Assembly (NCBI GenBank): GCA_013265495.1
Contig: MU058213.1
Coordinates: forward strand, 4,340,001-4,404,000
Length of the DNA stretch: 64,000 nt
From: Vicugna vicugna
Taxonomy: Eukaryota
Reading direction: 5' to 3'
Numbering within the stretch: the first letter of the stretch is position 1; each line of letters starts with the position of its first letter. Below the pieces are notes generated by a model that did no database searches, was not told where the DNA came from, and worked only from the letters and a program-made list of their open reading frames with translations. Made by a program: the position numbers and the translations under genes. This document shows, piece after piece, positions 1 to 13,800 of this stretch.

Positions 1-669
1 ACCACACTTTGATAGCTGCTGTTCTATGAAGGATAGGAAAGAAAAGAAGAAAGAAAAGAAAAAGAAGGTATATGTATATAGCAACTAAGATGCCTTTCAT
101 GCACAAGGAAGTTATTTTTATTTTTGTTTATGATCAGTTGAATATATATGAAAAAATATGCCTTTTTTTTTTTTTAAAGAGAATCATTTGGAACCTTAAG
201 CTTTCTGTTTGTAACTTGCACAGCTTTTATTTAGGTCTAGATCTTTTTAACATAACTGAGCTTTTTGTAGATAATTGAGTAGCAGTGTTATTTAGGTAGA
301 TGAGAATGACTTCAGAGTGGAAATAGAACAAATGATGTAAAGAAAAAGTATGACTCTGCTAATATAAAATTAAGCAGTCAAAACAAAACTACATTTTTAG
401 GGAAACATTTGGTAAAATATTTTTAAAAGCAAGAGAATAATAAAAGCTAAATTCAATATTGTGGTTACCTCCCAAGGGAGCGTATATATAGAGTATATAC
501 ATTCCATTATCCATTATTGGTCTGTACCTTACTTATATAAAATTTTTTTTTCACTATTCAGTAAGAATAAATACTAAAGCAAAATGCTCCATTTCCTTCA
601 CAGAAAAAAAAAATCTTAAGAAGAGTAATGCTCTTAGTTGGGCCTGCCGGATACCATAGGCCTGCACTA

Positions 670-843
670 TATGCTGGAATTTCTGCAGTGATGAAAATTT
701 TTTTAGTCTGTGTCAGATGATGCTCGTAAGCACTTGAAATATGACTAGTGCAACTGAGAGAGTGATTTTTTAAATTTTAATTATTTAAAATTTATATTTA
801 AATAGGCACAAGTGACTGGTGTCTACTATATTAGTGCAACTCT
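670..843. mobile_element. MER3-like hAT-Charlie non-autonomous DNA transposon, degraded
   Basis: 'gcacttgaaatatgactagtgcaactgag...tttaaataggcacaagtgactggtgtctactatattag' resembles the recalled MER3/MER33 consensus. Confidence 0.7.
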
Positions 844-1569
844 AGGCAGTTTAGAACATTGTTTAGCCCTTGAGTTTTTAATCTATTAATAATTCTCTTA
901 GAATGCAGTGTTTGGTTTGCTGGCATTTTGCTTAGGTCACTGATTTTTGACTATTATCTTGTGTGCTTTGACTCCTACTTCTGCTTCTTGTGTTCAGTGG
1001 TAGCAGTTTGATTTACTTTCTTGTGCCTTATATTCCTAAAGTTGAGTCTTCAGGATCAGAAGCTACTGGACTAAGATTTATTAATAATGTGGTAGTATTT
1101 TAGTCATAATTTTACTTGAAATTTTCATAGAATTGCTTTTTTAATGTCATAATTTTATTACTTGATTTTCTGTTGACATTATTTAAAATATTAATCCTAT
1201 TGACTTTTCTGAGCTTCAAACAAAATAATTTTTATTTTAGATAGTAACTTGAGTCATTCAGTAAGTATTGCTTGTTTGTTGTGAGCCATGCATTCTTGAG
1301 AATTGGGGAATAATAGAAGAAATAGACTCTGACTTATGGTATGAGCATACTTGGGAGTATATTTAGAAAGCAGAATGTGCCTGAGAGAAACACATTAAAT
1401 AGTTATATAATAGCTAGAAGAATAAGAGTCAGAAAGTATACAACTGGGAAATGTTTATATTTTTACTTTGTTATTTTGTCACTTGATAGTAATGGAGATT
1501 ATGCATCAAAGTTCTTAGCAGTGTTCCTATTATTGCGTAAATGTTGTGATTTCTTTTTTAATTTGCAAA

Positions 1570-2270
1570 ATACATATTTCAGAAAGGATTTGTACCTGTA
1601 ATATACAAAGAACTTACACAACCCAAAAAAAGACAACCTAATTTTAAAAAAATAAGGACGAAACTATCTAAACAGACACTACATCAAAGAAGATATGTGA
1701 ATAGCCAACAAGACTTGTAAACATGTTCAGTGTCATTAGCATTGTCAGAGAAATGCAAATTAAAATCATAATGAGATACACTGCACACCAATTAGAAAAT
1801 GACTAAGGTAAAACAACAGCAACAAATCATAATACCAAGTTTTGCTAAGTCTGTGGTGCAACTGGAATTCCCATTTCACTTTAAATGGAAATGAAAAATG
1901 ATCTAGGCACCTAGGGAAACAGTTTGGCATTTTCTTGTAAATTCAGAATACTCTTACCATATAACATTCCCACTCCTTGGAATTTATCCAAGAGAAAAAA
2001 AAAACTCATGGGTACACTTTTTTTTTTTAAAGAATGTTCATAACAGCCTTACTCATAATAATACCAAATGGGAAGTGAACCAAATATTTATCAACTGGTG
2101 AATAGATTTTTAAACATTATACCACAATATGGATAATCCACATCTATATAAAGGAAAACTACTCAGCAACAAAAAGGATCGAAATATTGTTAAATGCATA
2201 CATGGTCGAATCTTGAAAACATCAAGCCAAGTGAAAGACACTATATACTGTGAGTTCATCTATATGGAAC
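1570..2270 (+). mobile_element. Old LINE-1 (L1M) ORF2 end and 3' UTR fragment
   Basis: L1 hallmarks 'aaacagacactacatcaaagaagatat', 'agagaaatgcaaattaaaatcataatgagatac', 'cccactccttggaatttatccaagagaa'. Confidence 0.85.
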
Positions 2271-2569
2271 TTATCTGTTCTAATGATTTTCATATCCTTT
2301 CTGCTTCCTAGCTGATGATTATTGGCTTTACCTATTTAACGTTAATACACTAATTTGTTATGTTACAACTTTGCTCTTCATCCTGGATTGATAGCTTATT
2401 ACAGTAATAGATGTTTTCCAAATGTCTGAAACCTGTCATGTAGCATTTAAGAGTGCATATTTAGAATTTCACAGTTAGCTGCCTTTAAGTGCTAATAGAA
2501 ATCTTAAAAGTATGTGGTTGTTTTGGAGAATGTAAATAGCTGTGGGAGTATAAAATTGTACTAGTAAAG

Positions 2570-3030
2570 TCTCATGTGGTTGCAAAAAAGGACCCCTTAG
2601 GTTGGTTCAAGGAAAGATATTTAAAGATACTTAGCTATCAGGCATTCAGCATGAAAATCAATACAATTAGGTCTTACAAGGATTAGGAGCTGGGTCTATT
2701 TTCTCTGTGCTTCAGGGGCTATAGGGGCTTTTGATTCAGGTGACCAGGTGAATGTCTGGTTTTTGTTCTTGCTCCTTTTATAAGCCAGCTTCCTTTAGTT
2801 ATTTATCATTTTGCCCAGATTCTGGACATCTTAAGCACTGTCTTTTTGTCTGCCTCTTGGGTCCAGTTCACAAAGAGAGAACATTGGATGATTAATAAAC
2901 CAGTGGATTGGCTAGTCTTGGATTGGGCACCCATGTCTCATCCAGTTAGTTGGGGTTAGGGACATGATTGTTAACTGGTACAAACATGGCTGCCCGGGAC
3001 TGCCCATTTAACTGAGTCTGTGAGTGGGGT
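2570..3030 (-). mobile_element. MLT1-type (MaLR) LTR, highly diverged
   Basis: 'gattggctagtcttggattgggcacccatg...gtacaaacatggctgccc' resembles reverse-strand MLT1J/K-type LTRs. Confidence 0.5.
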
Positions 3031-3104
3031 TGGTGCATATGTATGTTATAAAAGTAATTAAATGAATTCTCCATGTATTAGGTTTCTTTGATTAGTTTCA
3101 TGGA

Positions 3105-3225
3105 TGTTCATTAACAGACATTTTTTGAGCACTTACAAAAAAAATATACAACATCAGGTGATGGTCTAGAGGCAGATATGATCCCTGCCTCCAAGGAGCT
3201 ATAGTCTTAGGGGGAGTGACACACA
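3105..3225 (-). mobile_element. LINE-2 3' end fragment
   Basis: 'ttcattaacagacattttttgagcacttac...atccctgcctccaaggagctatagtcttag' is typical of the reverse L2 tail. Confidence 0.65.
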
Positions 3226-6200
3226 AAAAATAAAAATAATAAAAGAGTGACAAGATGCAGGTAACTAATACCAGTAGACTACTTAATAGTTATACCAAAT
3301 AAGGACTCAGAGTTGGATTTCTATCTCTAAGACAAACAGTATGGCCTTAAGTAAGTTTTTTAGAATAGCAACATACCAGTATTTAAAAAGAAAGTGATGG
3401 CACAGCTTCATTATGTCATAGCAGATAATGTACATTAAAGTGTCCTGTAAAAGTGTGAAGTGTAACAAAAATGTTATAATTGATTTATTATTAGGCTATT
3501 TCATTACCTTCAATTTTAGAGTAGTTTTGAAAGACTTAATCTTTACAGTTTTTGAAAGATGAATTTTTCCTACTATTTTAGCCTAGGAGGATATATTATC
3601 TTTTTGAGAGATGACTTTCTTTTTCATGTGGACATAAATTTTGTTGTGATTTGTAACTGTGCTGCTCTTTTTGATATGACTTACGGCTCTCTTAATTCTT
3701 CTAAAAAATCCTTTGACGTTTTATTGTGTTCTTTCCTTATGCATTCTCTTGCCTTTGTGTATTTATATTTACTTTTCTCTTTGAATTTAACACTTGAACT
3801 TCCATACAAATATTTGAAGCTTTATTTTATACATAAGCATTCTTCCTATATATATTACTTCTACTAAGTTGCTTTATTTTTTAACTAAAATCAATCGTGT
3901 TAGCGTTGTTTTGTGTTAACTCAAGTTTATATAGATATGTCATTATTAATTGATTAGTCTGGAGAAAAGGCACTTGTTATTTGTGTGATTGTGAATTTAT
4001 GTATTTTCCCCCAACTAAACTATAGGTTTTATTGTTTAGTAACCAGACATTTGGTATATTACTTATTTGGATTTCACTCCTTTTTAATTTTCTTTATAAT
4101 TAGAAAAGTGCTGATAGACTCTATCACATGACCTTAAAATTCACAACGTATTAAAGCATGGAAATATGAATAGATGTTATGTAAAGATATAGAAAGTATG
4201 AAATGTGAACCTTGAGACTTATATTTCTGAAAATCCCACTGGTGATTTTACAGGTGGGGAATTTGACTTTATGGTAAAAAGAAGCTTGAAGGACTAAAAT
4301 TGCAAACAAAGATGAGTCCTTATATGTTTTTATATGTATTAACTCAAAACGATAAAATTCTAGACAAATTATGAAAATTTTACACATTTGAAATTAGATG
4401 AACATTATGCAGTTGATTTCTGTTTATTGACCCTGAATACTAAAAACATTTCAGGACTCCCCCAGAGTTTCAGTGGAGTTTATATTAATTTTTCTCTTAT
4501 GCAAATTGAGTAGTTTATGTCTTCTTCCTTCAGATGATTGCTACCTTTCTGATTTTATGACTCTAGAGTAATTGATGCCTTCTCATTTCTCATTATGGAC
4601 CCAGAATGACTTGGATGTATGAACAAGAAAAAAGCTTTGGAAAATCTTCACTTATTCAGTGATTATTTCTTATTCTTTCCTATGCCTTTTAAAACCTAAG
4701 ACCAAGAGTAAGACTGAGCTCTCTGGCTTGGATCAGGGTATCCTTTCCTAATCTAAATTCCCTTTCATATCAGACATAGGAGTCCTATTTTTAAGACCTG
4801 GTTTTAATTTTCTTTCTTAAGCCTGAATTACAGAAACCTCTGCACCTGTTTGGTCATCCACTTTGTCCCATATATATGTATGTATATATATCAACAGTCT
4901 TTAGGTGCCCCATTTTCTAAGTATACTTCACTTGAATAACTGAATTTGAATCTCTTATTTGAGGTAAATGCAATCAAAAGTGAATCTACATGTATACAAT
5001 TAATAAACGGCCCATTAGTCGGTAAGGAAGAGTTTATAGTTTGGAAAGAATGTGTATATATTTCCATGTACCATAGTAATTTATTGAGATGTAAAAGGTG
5101 ATCTTGATTCTTCAAGTTACAAAAACAGCAGAAACAAAACAAAGGGAAGATTTCTCCCACCCAACTTAATCTTAACCAAATTAAGTAGTTTATTTTTTGT
5201 TTATTTTAAATGATCTTTTAGTTGTTTTCTTAAGAAATACAGATTTTTCTTCATATCCATGATTTAAATGAATTACCCAGTTATATTTCTTAGTAATGGA
5301 CCAGATTGCATTCACCTACTCTGGTTATTGACCCCAACAGTCTTAGAATATGCTGTCATTTTAGAAAGTAGAGGATTAAAAAGGGCACCTATGCTAATAG
5401 CAGCTGTGATGGGAGATTGCCTACCAACAAATCTTGCTATTTCACAGCCGTTCCACCCAAGTTCAATTCAGGAAATAGTTGTTGAACATCATTTGTTTGT
5501 ATTTGACCATTCTTGGTGGTTTGAGTTGGCCTCAATTAAAGTATGACTGTTGTGGAGGAAGTTAATCTTATTGCAGGGCAAGATGAGCTATGACAGGAGG
5601 GAATATGGAATGTTGGGGGAAAGAAGGTAAGGTGTAAGTCACCTGCAGGTGGGCAGAGCCTCAGAATACACTGACTTCCGTTAATATTTTGAAACATTCC
5701 TCTTCTAATCCCCCAGTGTTGACTTGGAAACTGTTGTCTTGGAAACTATTTCTTTCAAAAAAAAAGTGTAGACATTATACAATTTAAAAAAAAAAGCAAC
5801 TCATTCATGGCCTTTATGAAATTTTTACCTGTGTTACAAGCAAGCAAGAAGCATGACAATGATTGTCCGCTTTTCCATCCATTTCTTTTGTTCTACTGGG
5901 TCTCCATTCACCTGGGTTTCTTCAAGGTTCATTCCTACCCTATAAATTCTCCAAGTGTTGGTTTCAGAAAATCATTAGGAGAACAAAGTCAGGGACCAGA
6001 TTTAAGGGAATATAAGAATAAAGGGGCTGGTGGGAAGGAAAGCGGGAAAAGTCAGGCCAAGAGTATTAATCCAGTGTTTTCATACTAAGAGTGATTTTAT
6101 TTATGTGGTTAAATAGTCTATGATGGAGATTTCTGAAAAGAAAGCTCGGAAATTATTTGAAGAGTGGCAGCATACATTAAGTAAGAAACTTTTGAAGGAG

Positions 6201-8129
6201 ACAGTTTTGAAGAATGGCATAGTTTGATGTAAGTGTTGACATGCTTATTTAGAAAAGAATTAGTCTTACTGCAGATCATATTAAATGGCTTAAAATAGCT
6301 GATGAGTGGAACAGCTGTTGGTTGCAATCTATGATTCCATGATGAAGTATAGAACTCTTGGTACAATTTTCAGGATCAATTTGAGTTTTCTGTGCCTTTG
6401 ATTCTAGCCACCATTAAGTCAAACACTTTGGGACTTGTTGAAGTCTCAGAAGTAACAGTACAGAGGGATTAGAGGATGATTATTTTAGTAAAAATTAAAG
6501 TTGGCTCATGCATTTAAAGTCAGGTATTATACATGCTGTAATATCTAAAAGAAAATTGAAGCATCTAGTGTTCATGAGATGGCAGTTCAAAAAAACAGAC
6601 TTTACTGCTTCTGAGGTAGTAATTATACAGCAACAATCTGGCGTGTTGGAAAAAGGAAAGGAAAAAAAAAAACTAGCTGAATAGTCCCAGGTCAGTTTCA
6701 TTTACATGTAAGATACTCCTTCCGTAGATAGATCATGGTATAAATTGAGTGGAAAAAGACTACTAGGGACAAGACTTGCAGGTGTATTTTCAAAACCTCA
6801 TGGTTATTTTATTATGTGGATTAGGTAATCCTTCTTTGAAGGTACTTTCTTTTTATCCAGGTAATAATAGGCTCTAGTTTCTTTATCATTAAGAATTTTC
6901 AAAGGATAGCAAAAACAACACAAAGCAAATCAGACTTCAGGTTCAGCCAGCTATAGACAAGGCTATGGTATAATTAGTTGAAATAAATTGCATAACAAAC
7001 TAAAAGCTTGATTTTTTTTTTTTTAAGGAACAGTTTTGGTTGAAGCCCTCAGTAAAAATGAAGGGATTAGAATGGAATTCTTATAATACTCATCAAGATT
7101 ACAAGTCTAACTAATCATTAGAAAACCTTTTTCACCGTGAATTTTGTTGATTGTTTCTAACCTTTTACCCTTTGCATTCTCTTTTAAATCCTGTCTTGTA
7201 ATATTTTTAAATTGTTGTTAAATTTAATGAGAATTAATTTTTTTTATTAAAATTGCTTATGGGCAGTTTCCAGGAATATTTTTATTTCTGGAAGCAAGGT
7301 ATATATAATCGAAGCTTTTTAATAAATAAGTTTATTTTCTTCCTCATATGGGAAGTATCCTTAATTTCATACTTTCCAAATTTGTAGTACTATATATTAT
7401 TTCACACATATTCTTAATAAATGTTTACCTCAAACTTTTCTTTTTTTAAATACTCAGGTATACTCATGGACTAATACCCAATGTTCTAAATAAACATAAT
7501 CACCTTTATAATTGTGCATTTATCCTTCAGTTATAGAAACAATAGTTCCTTTTACTGCTGAAGTTCACCAAGTGTTCTTTTTTCCCCACCCAAGTGTTTT
7601 TAAAGTGATCAGTTATCATCAGAATTGCTTAAGCACATTTTTAATGCCAGTTATATTTTCTTTACTATTCCTTCACTAAATATTTTGGCATGTCTTCTAT
7701 TTGTGCCTTTCTGCCGAAAAGGTAAAAGTCTTTTCACATGTTACATATTTTTAGTTTTTCATGGTAGTATGAAAACTATAAAGCATAAAAACATCTAAAC
7801 TTCAGGGTTGCATTATTTTATTTAGAATGTTGGGTTAATGTATAAACTTAGAGTTGCAGACACCGAGTACTCTCAGGGTCTCTCCTGTGGTTGCTATAAG
7901 TGAGCTGGTTGGCTAGTAAAATTATCTCTAAAGCACAAAGGTTGTAATCAAACCTGATGCTGGGATATAAGAGTACAGATGAAAACTTCTCAGGAGAATT
8001 CCTAGTTTTCTTATCAAGTTTTTTATCAGAGTTTTCTAACAATGAAAAGCTGCAGAACTATATAATATCAAGTGTATTTTAAGATAGCATGTGCTTTAAG
8101 AAGGTAAAAATTCCAGTCTCAGTAAGAAA

Positions 8130-8255
8130 TTAGTCAGTAAATATTTGATGAATATCTACTGCATTTCTCTATCTGTGTTGTGCTTTCAAAGACTATTAAG
8201 ATACGGTTTTTACCCTTAAGGAAATTTATGATCCTTTTGAAGAGACAAGGATTAC
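8130..8255 (-). mobile_element. LINE-2 3' end fragment
   Basis: 'cagtaaatatttgatgaatatctact...tacccttaaggaaatttatgatcc...gagacaag'. Confidence 0.5.
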
Positions 8256-8619
8256 AGCTATGAAAGAATTTAAATTTAGGAGTTTTAGAATAGCTGACAA
8301 TGAGTTTTATGAAAGTGGTAAGGATTTGAAGCTATTGCTCATGTTGTTTTGACTAAAGCTTAAATGTTAAAGGAAACGATTTATTTAAGATTTGTTCTAT
8401 TTATTTTAGTTAATAGCAAATTGAGTTGCTTTTCTGGGACGACTTCATAAATTTTATGTCCTAGAATAAATTCATAATTTAGTCCTAGAATTTTAGGTTC
8501 CTAAGAGAATAATCTTCGGTTAAAATTATTTTACAAGAATGTCTATCTCAAAATAGTTTTCTGTTATTTCATTTTTAAAACTAAGTTTTACTATCTTTCC
8601 CTTTTGTGCGTATGTATTC

Positions 8620-8960
8620 TTTACTTCTGTACCTTTGCTCATGCTTTGCCCTCTGCTTATAATGCCTTTCTCTGACAACTTGAGCTTAACACTCTTGCAG
8701 CCCCCACATCCTACTCTGCATTCCTGTGCAGCCACATCAGTTGTCATCTCATCTATGACTGTCACCTCCAGTTTCAGTCATCATCTCTTTTCCTGTAAGA
8801 TTGTTTGTCCTGCCAGTCCTTTAACGTTACTCACTCATATGACTCTCCTTTCTCACATTTGTGCTTTTTTTTGAGGCTAGATATTATTTATATATATATT
8901 TGGGTTGCCTAGGAAAATGCTGGGCACATAGTAGATAGTTACTGGATAAATTATTGGATT
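8620..8960 (+). mobile_element. LINE-2 fragment
   Basis: 'cctttgctcatgctttgccctctgcttataatgcc' through 'atgctgggcacatagtag'; explains the chance ORFs at 8526-8874. Confidence 0.65.
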
Positions 8961-9259
8961 ACCTGAATTCTTAGTGCTCAGAACTAGATGTTGGTTTTTG
9001 ACATTGAAGATTAAGTAATGATGTGGTCATCATCACTTTCATCGCTTTATCTAGGTTTAGAGCTACAATCCTTCATCTTTCTGTATTTCCAGTAATAAAG
9101 AAATTCAGGGCTAATGGTGATTCATTTAACAATATGAGCTTATGAAATCGTTTGCTAAGACACTAAATTCATCAGAGTTCACTAAAATAATAGCCTTTAA
9201 ACAGTAGGCTTTTTAATAGAAACTTTATATATAGTTTTTATATATAAAAATTATTCTAA

Positions 9260-9365
9260 ATTTATTTAGCAAATATTTACTCAGTATCTGCTAAGTTCTA
9301 GGCACTCAGGTAGGTTTTGGAGATACAGTAGTGAGCAAGGCACACATAAGTTCATGGAGCCTACT
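9260..9365 (-). mobile_element. LINE-2 3' end fragment
   Basis: 'atttagcaaatatttactcagtatctgctaagttctaggcact...ggagatacagtagtgagcaag'. Confidence 0.7.
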
Positions 9366-10639
9366 GAAAAATAAAAATAATAAGCTAAAGCATTAATATG
9401 GTAAATAATTCAAATTTTTAAGTTTCTTTGGTTGATAAAACTAAATTAAATTTAGATAATCACATTTTATATGTCTAATTTAGTTAAAATGTTATAAACA
9501 AGGTTTAGAATCCTATGCTTTTAAAAATACAGATAAATTTGAAATTTCTGTTTATTTTTATGGTGATTACATCTAATACAGATGTAATTATGTATTTCCA
9601 GAAAATCTGTAATTAGCATCTTAAATTGGAGCTGATTCACCTTGCAATGATTTAACTATCTGCTTCATTTACTATTGTAAATAAAATAGCCAAGTCTTTT
9701 TGTTTCAGATAAACTTGCAAAATGAACCTCAGTAAATATTAAAACCCATTATTCCTTTAAATGATATATTACATTTTTAAAGGAAAAAAATCTGTAATTC
9801 TACATCTTGATTATGTAGGATATAATTTAATGTTTCAAGCAAAGAAAAGTACATTTTCTGTAGAAAACAGATGAAATGGTTTAAATTGATTTAATTCCAA
9901 ACAAATTTTGAGGGGTAAACAGTGCTCTTCTGATCCTAAAAGTAACTGCTATTTGAAACGTCTTTTGTATTCTGTCTTATAATACATTATCTAAGTTTCT
10001 TACTGTAGGTATGCATCCTGAATGATCTTTGGGATAGGCAATACATATGTTGTAGGTGTTAGTCTGGGATTAAAATATGTAACAGTTCTGCAAATGAGTT
10101 GTATATGAAGTGACTATGTAGAGTGACTGTATAAAGTATGAAGGTTAAATGACATATTTGAAAACAAACTCGAAAAAAATAAAACATTGTTATTAATGCA
10201 GAGTTATTATTGGAAATGGTATCTTCTCTTTCATTGAAAATTCTTATGATTCAAAATTCCTGACTTGAATATTTTCTCTGAACTTTAATATGTATTCAGT
10301 TCTCTTCTGTTACCTCTGTCTCCCCTAGTCATTCTCTGGCTGTTAATGCTGCCTGTAGTCCAGGGTAAGCCTTTCTTGGCAAAAGGGGGATTAATAAGCA
10401 TTAAACAGAGGAGTTAAAGACATTAACCTTATTGTGGCTGCCCTTCCCTCCTTTCCTTGCTTGCCTTCCTTCCTTCCTTTTGAACTTATAGAAGATGGCA
10501 GTTAATGAAAACTGGAGAGGGAAAACAGACAATTATATAAACTTTACTTTTTTAATATAAAAGTATTACTCCACAGTTTCTTAGCCCTAAACCTCATGAT
10601 TGGGTTTGTTGTGGAACTGAAAATCCATAATTTCTTGAA

Positions 10640-10895
10640 TTTTAAAAACTTAATTAGCAGTATATACTGTATATTATGTAACATTCCCTGGAAGGATCTG
10701 TAGAACCTTGTAATCATATACATTGGTACTTCTGAATTGAAACGTATTAACATTCACATTGAGTGGGATGAAAGAGCACTATAATTATCCTTGTGTCAGT
10801 TTAGGTTAGGTTTTATCATTAAATAAGTTATGTAAAACTTTGGTTTTCAGAATTTTTTTGATTTTAGAATTTTGGGTTAAGGGATTATTAGACCT
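10640..10895. mobile_element. Old TcMar/Tigger-like DNA transposon remnant
   Basis: Terminal-like 'ttggttttcagaatttttttgattttagaattttgggttaagggattattagacct'; subfamily uncertain. Confidence 0.45.
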
Positions 10896-13800
10896 CTCCC
10901 TCTTTGTTTTAATGATCTGTAAAACCTGTTCCTGTGAGGAGAGGAAGATCTTTAAGTTTTAATCTTTATGAACCATATGTATATCTGGTTGAAATGATGT
11001 GTATGTATAAAAACACATTTATACACTATACATACATGTACATACACATATATACAAATTTAAGGAAGCATGTGCATGTTGTGTGTTGTGTATGTGAGAG
11101 AGAGGGAGAGGTGGAAGTAGTGATCTGGGTCCATTTAGTTTCGTTTCACCCTTGTACTAGCTCACGTTTGGTTACTAACATGGTGTGAAATAAAACCTTA
11201 ATTGCACTTTCCCAGCTTTGTTAGCACTTAAGCTCATCACTAACAAATTCTCTTGACAAAGGTAAAACCTAGAAATTCTATGTGAAGTTACACTCAAAAC
11301 ATTTTGTGTACCATATAAAATAATAGTAAAAACTTTTAAACACTCAAAACAAAATATGGCTTAAACTACTGTTTTACTAATCCTAAAGGAGTATGAAATG
11401 TTTTCAGTGTTACATAGTCACCCAAAGAAGCCAGTTTCACTCTGCCTGTTTAATAATCAGTGCATGGACTGTGGTTCAAGACAGGAAATAAAGAATACCT
11501 GAGCCAGTTGGAGTGGTAATAGAAATTTAGGTAAGCAGAAACTAATGATCCAAATTGGAAATAGGCCAGGGCACTGGGGATTAACACCATCCCACTATGA
11601 AAAGTCTCATGAGCTCTCAGATGACCTCGAGAGACTTGCACTTTTGTTTGTAAGAAACTTTGTAAGATTGCTCTATGACAGTATTAAAAATTCTCAGGAT
11701 TTAATAATGCTTAACTGTGTTAGTACCAGTGAATGTGACAGACATTACCTTTCCTTCCACTCAGTTGTAAAACAACTAATTTTAGGCCCTGAAATAGTCA
11801 AATGAAATGAACTCTTGGGTTGGAATGCCATATTTCTTTGTAAATGTCAAAATCTTCAGTATTTCTTATATTTAAGTTCCCAAATCTTTCCTAACTTTAC
11901 TGTATGAGAAGATATACTTTCATACCCTTTACAATCTTCTATGCTGCCTTTTCTCCAATCTCTTGTGTTCTTTGCTGACACTGGCAATTGTCTGTACTTT
12001 GTGAGGTCAATAAATGCTGATTCCTGCAAGAAAAAAACTCTTAGGAAGTGAGCTTAGACGTGAAGAGGAAGCACAGAGGATGAGGCAATTGAATGAGGAG
12101 TATTGCAGTGGATTATTTAAAAGTATGAGTCAGAAGCCAAATGAATATTACTTCCCTTGGGTCTTCCAGTCTTCATATGTGTATCATGGTTTATTTTGGC
12201 TTACCTGGTTAGTTTAACCAGATACATGCATGGTAGCAATTGACATTATCAGATTCTCTTCTTTTTCATACCAAAAAGCTAAATAACTATGCTTGTAACT
12301 GTCATTTTTGTTTTCTTAAAAAATGTAGTAGTAATCTTAAGCCATGAAATTTAAGGTTATTAAGTAGATGACATTTAGTGAAGAAAGGCTGACTGTAGAG
12401 TGTATCTACTTACCGCATGATGTCTACTTACTGAAATCTGTTTTATAAGATTCCTTTTAGGATACCAAGGCTTTTGAATTATACTATAACGTGTTTAATA
12501 CTGAGTAATTTTCCTATTTAAATGAGAAGCTCAATGACTAAAAAGTTATTTCCTCTAGTTTTTCATAGGTGATAGAATTTAGAAGTTACTATGTAGTAAA
12601 ACCAACAGGACCAGCTATGAGGCTGAGGGAGTTTTAGTTATGAGGTTTTTATTGTTTATTAATTTAAACTGTGTGGTTTGGAGGGTGGGGAGAACGGGAA
12701 GAGGAACATTCTGAAATCATGCCTTACAGTTTTCAATCTTTTGTCAGCTTTCTGTGATGCTATAGATGACTGTAACTTGAAACCTGAAATCTGAAAGATT
12801 TGTGTTTTGGATGATTCACATTCTGTTGGGTTTTCCACATGGCTTGAATTTTTTTTATAGAAACAGTTTTAAAAACACATGGCATGAGAACAGGATCATA
12901 TTTACTCTCTAGGACTTGAAAAACCACTGACCTATGTTCTGAAAAGATGAAAGTGTGGTTTTATTCAACATTATAAATAAATTGTCTTATATTACTGCTT
13001 ACATTTCAGGTTTTTGGTGTGTGTGTTATCAATATTGACTAAAGTTAACTGAATGTAATGACGGAACCAGAGGAAAAAATTGAGCTTGTGTTGCTAAATA
13101 AAATTTAAATACTGCTTTTAAAAATAAAACTTTACCCATTATGTATGATCTGTGTTTCCATGAGGAAATGTTGATTAAGTAGTTTCCATTTTGGTATTAC
13201 AGTATGTACTGTTGTTGTAAGTTGCTGACTGTGGAAAAATCTTTTTAAGTCAAAAAAGCAGCTCAGCTTAAACCCCTAGTATTTATTATGGCAGAAACCA
13301 GAAATAGAACTTTACCAACAGTTTTGTAATCTGTTGAATTGCTGCATATCTTTTGGAATAAATTAGTTTTAAAAGTTTTTAGAAGAGGCTGTTGACTATA
13401 GAACTGAGTTACTTTTGTATATCCTTATACACAAAGGGTCTTTTTTACTTTATTTACTAAATACTTGTATGCAGATTTTTTCCAAAAAGGAAGCCCTAGC
13501 CTAGAGTAAGTGACAAAATTGCCTCTGTTTAATGTATCTGTGAGAGATGTTGTTAGCCTATAAAATATGCTGATTAAATGTAGTTCTGACAAGACTTGTT
13601 TATATGTAATTCAGGATAGACTTATTTTGGATGAAACAAAACATCTTCAAAATCTGTTTTCTGTTAGAGTAGCTTAAACTTTGGTTTTTTTGAGGATGTT
13701 TGACAATCCTTGATAACAGGAAAAAAAAAAGAATCAGGATTTGTAATATTAGTCTCCCTAAGTAAGATTAATTTTAGAGGATAAGGCCAGTACTTGAATT

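Noticed and set aside
6119..6227. Short + frame 'MMEISEKKARKLFEEWQHTL' with a gtaaga donor-like site
   Set aside because: Weak acceptor, no recognised protein; cannot be supported
6338..6410. C-box-like ATGATGA suggesting a C/D snoRNA
   Set aside because: No suitably placed CTGA D box or terminal stem
12014..12217. ORF with coiled-coil-looking 'RREEEAQRMRQLNEEY'
   Set aside because: Purine-rich chance translation; no convincing splice sites or recognisable homologue
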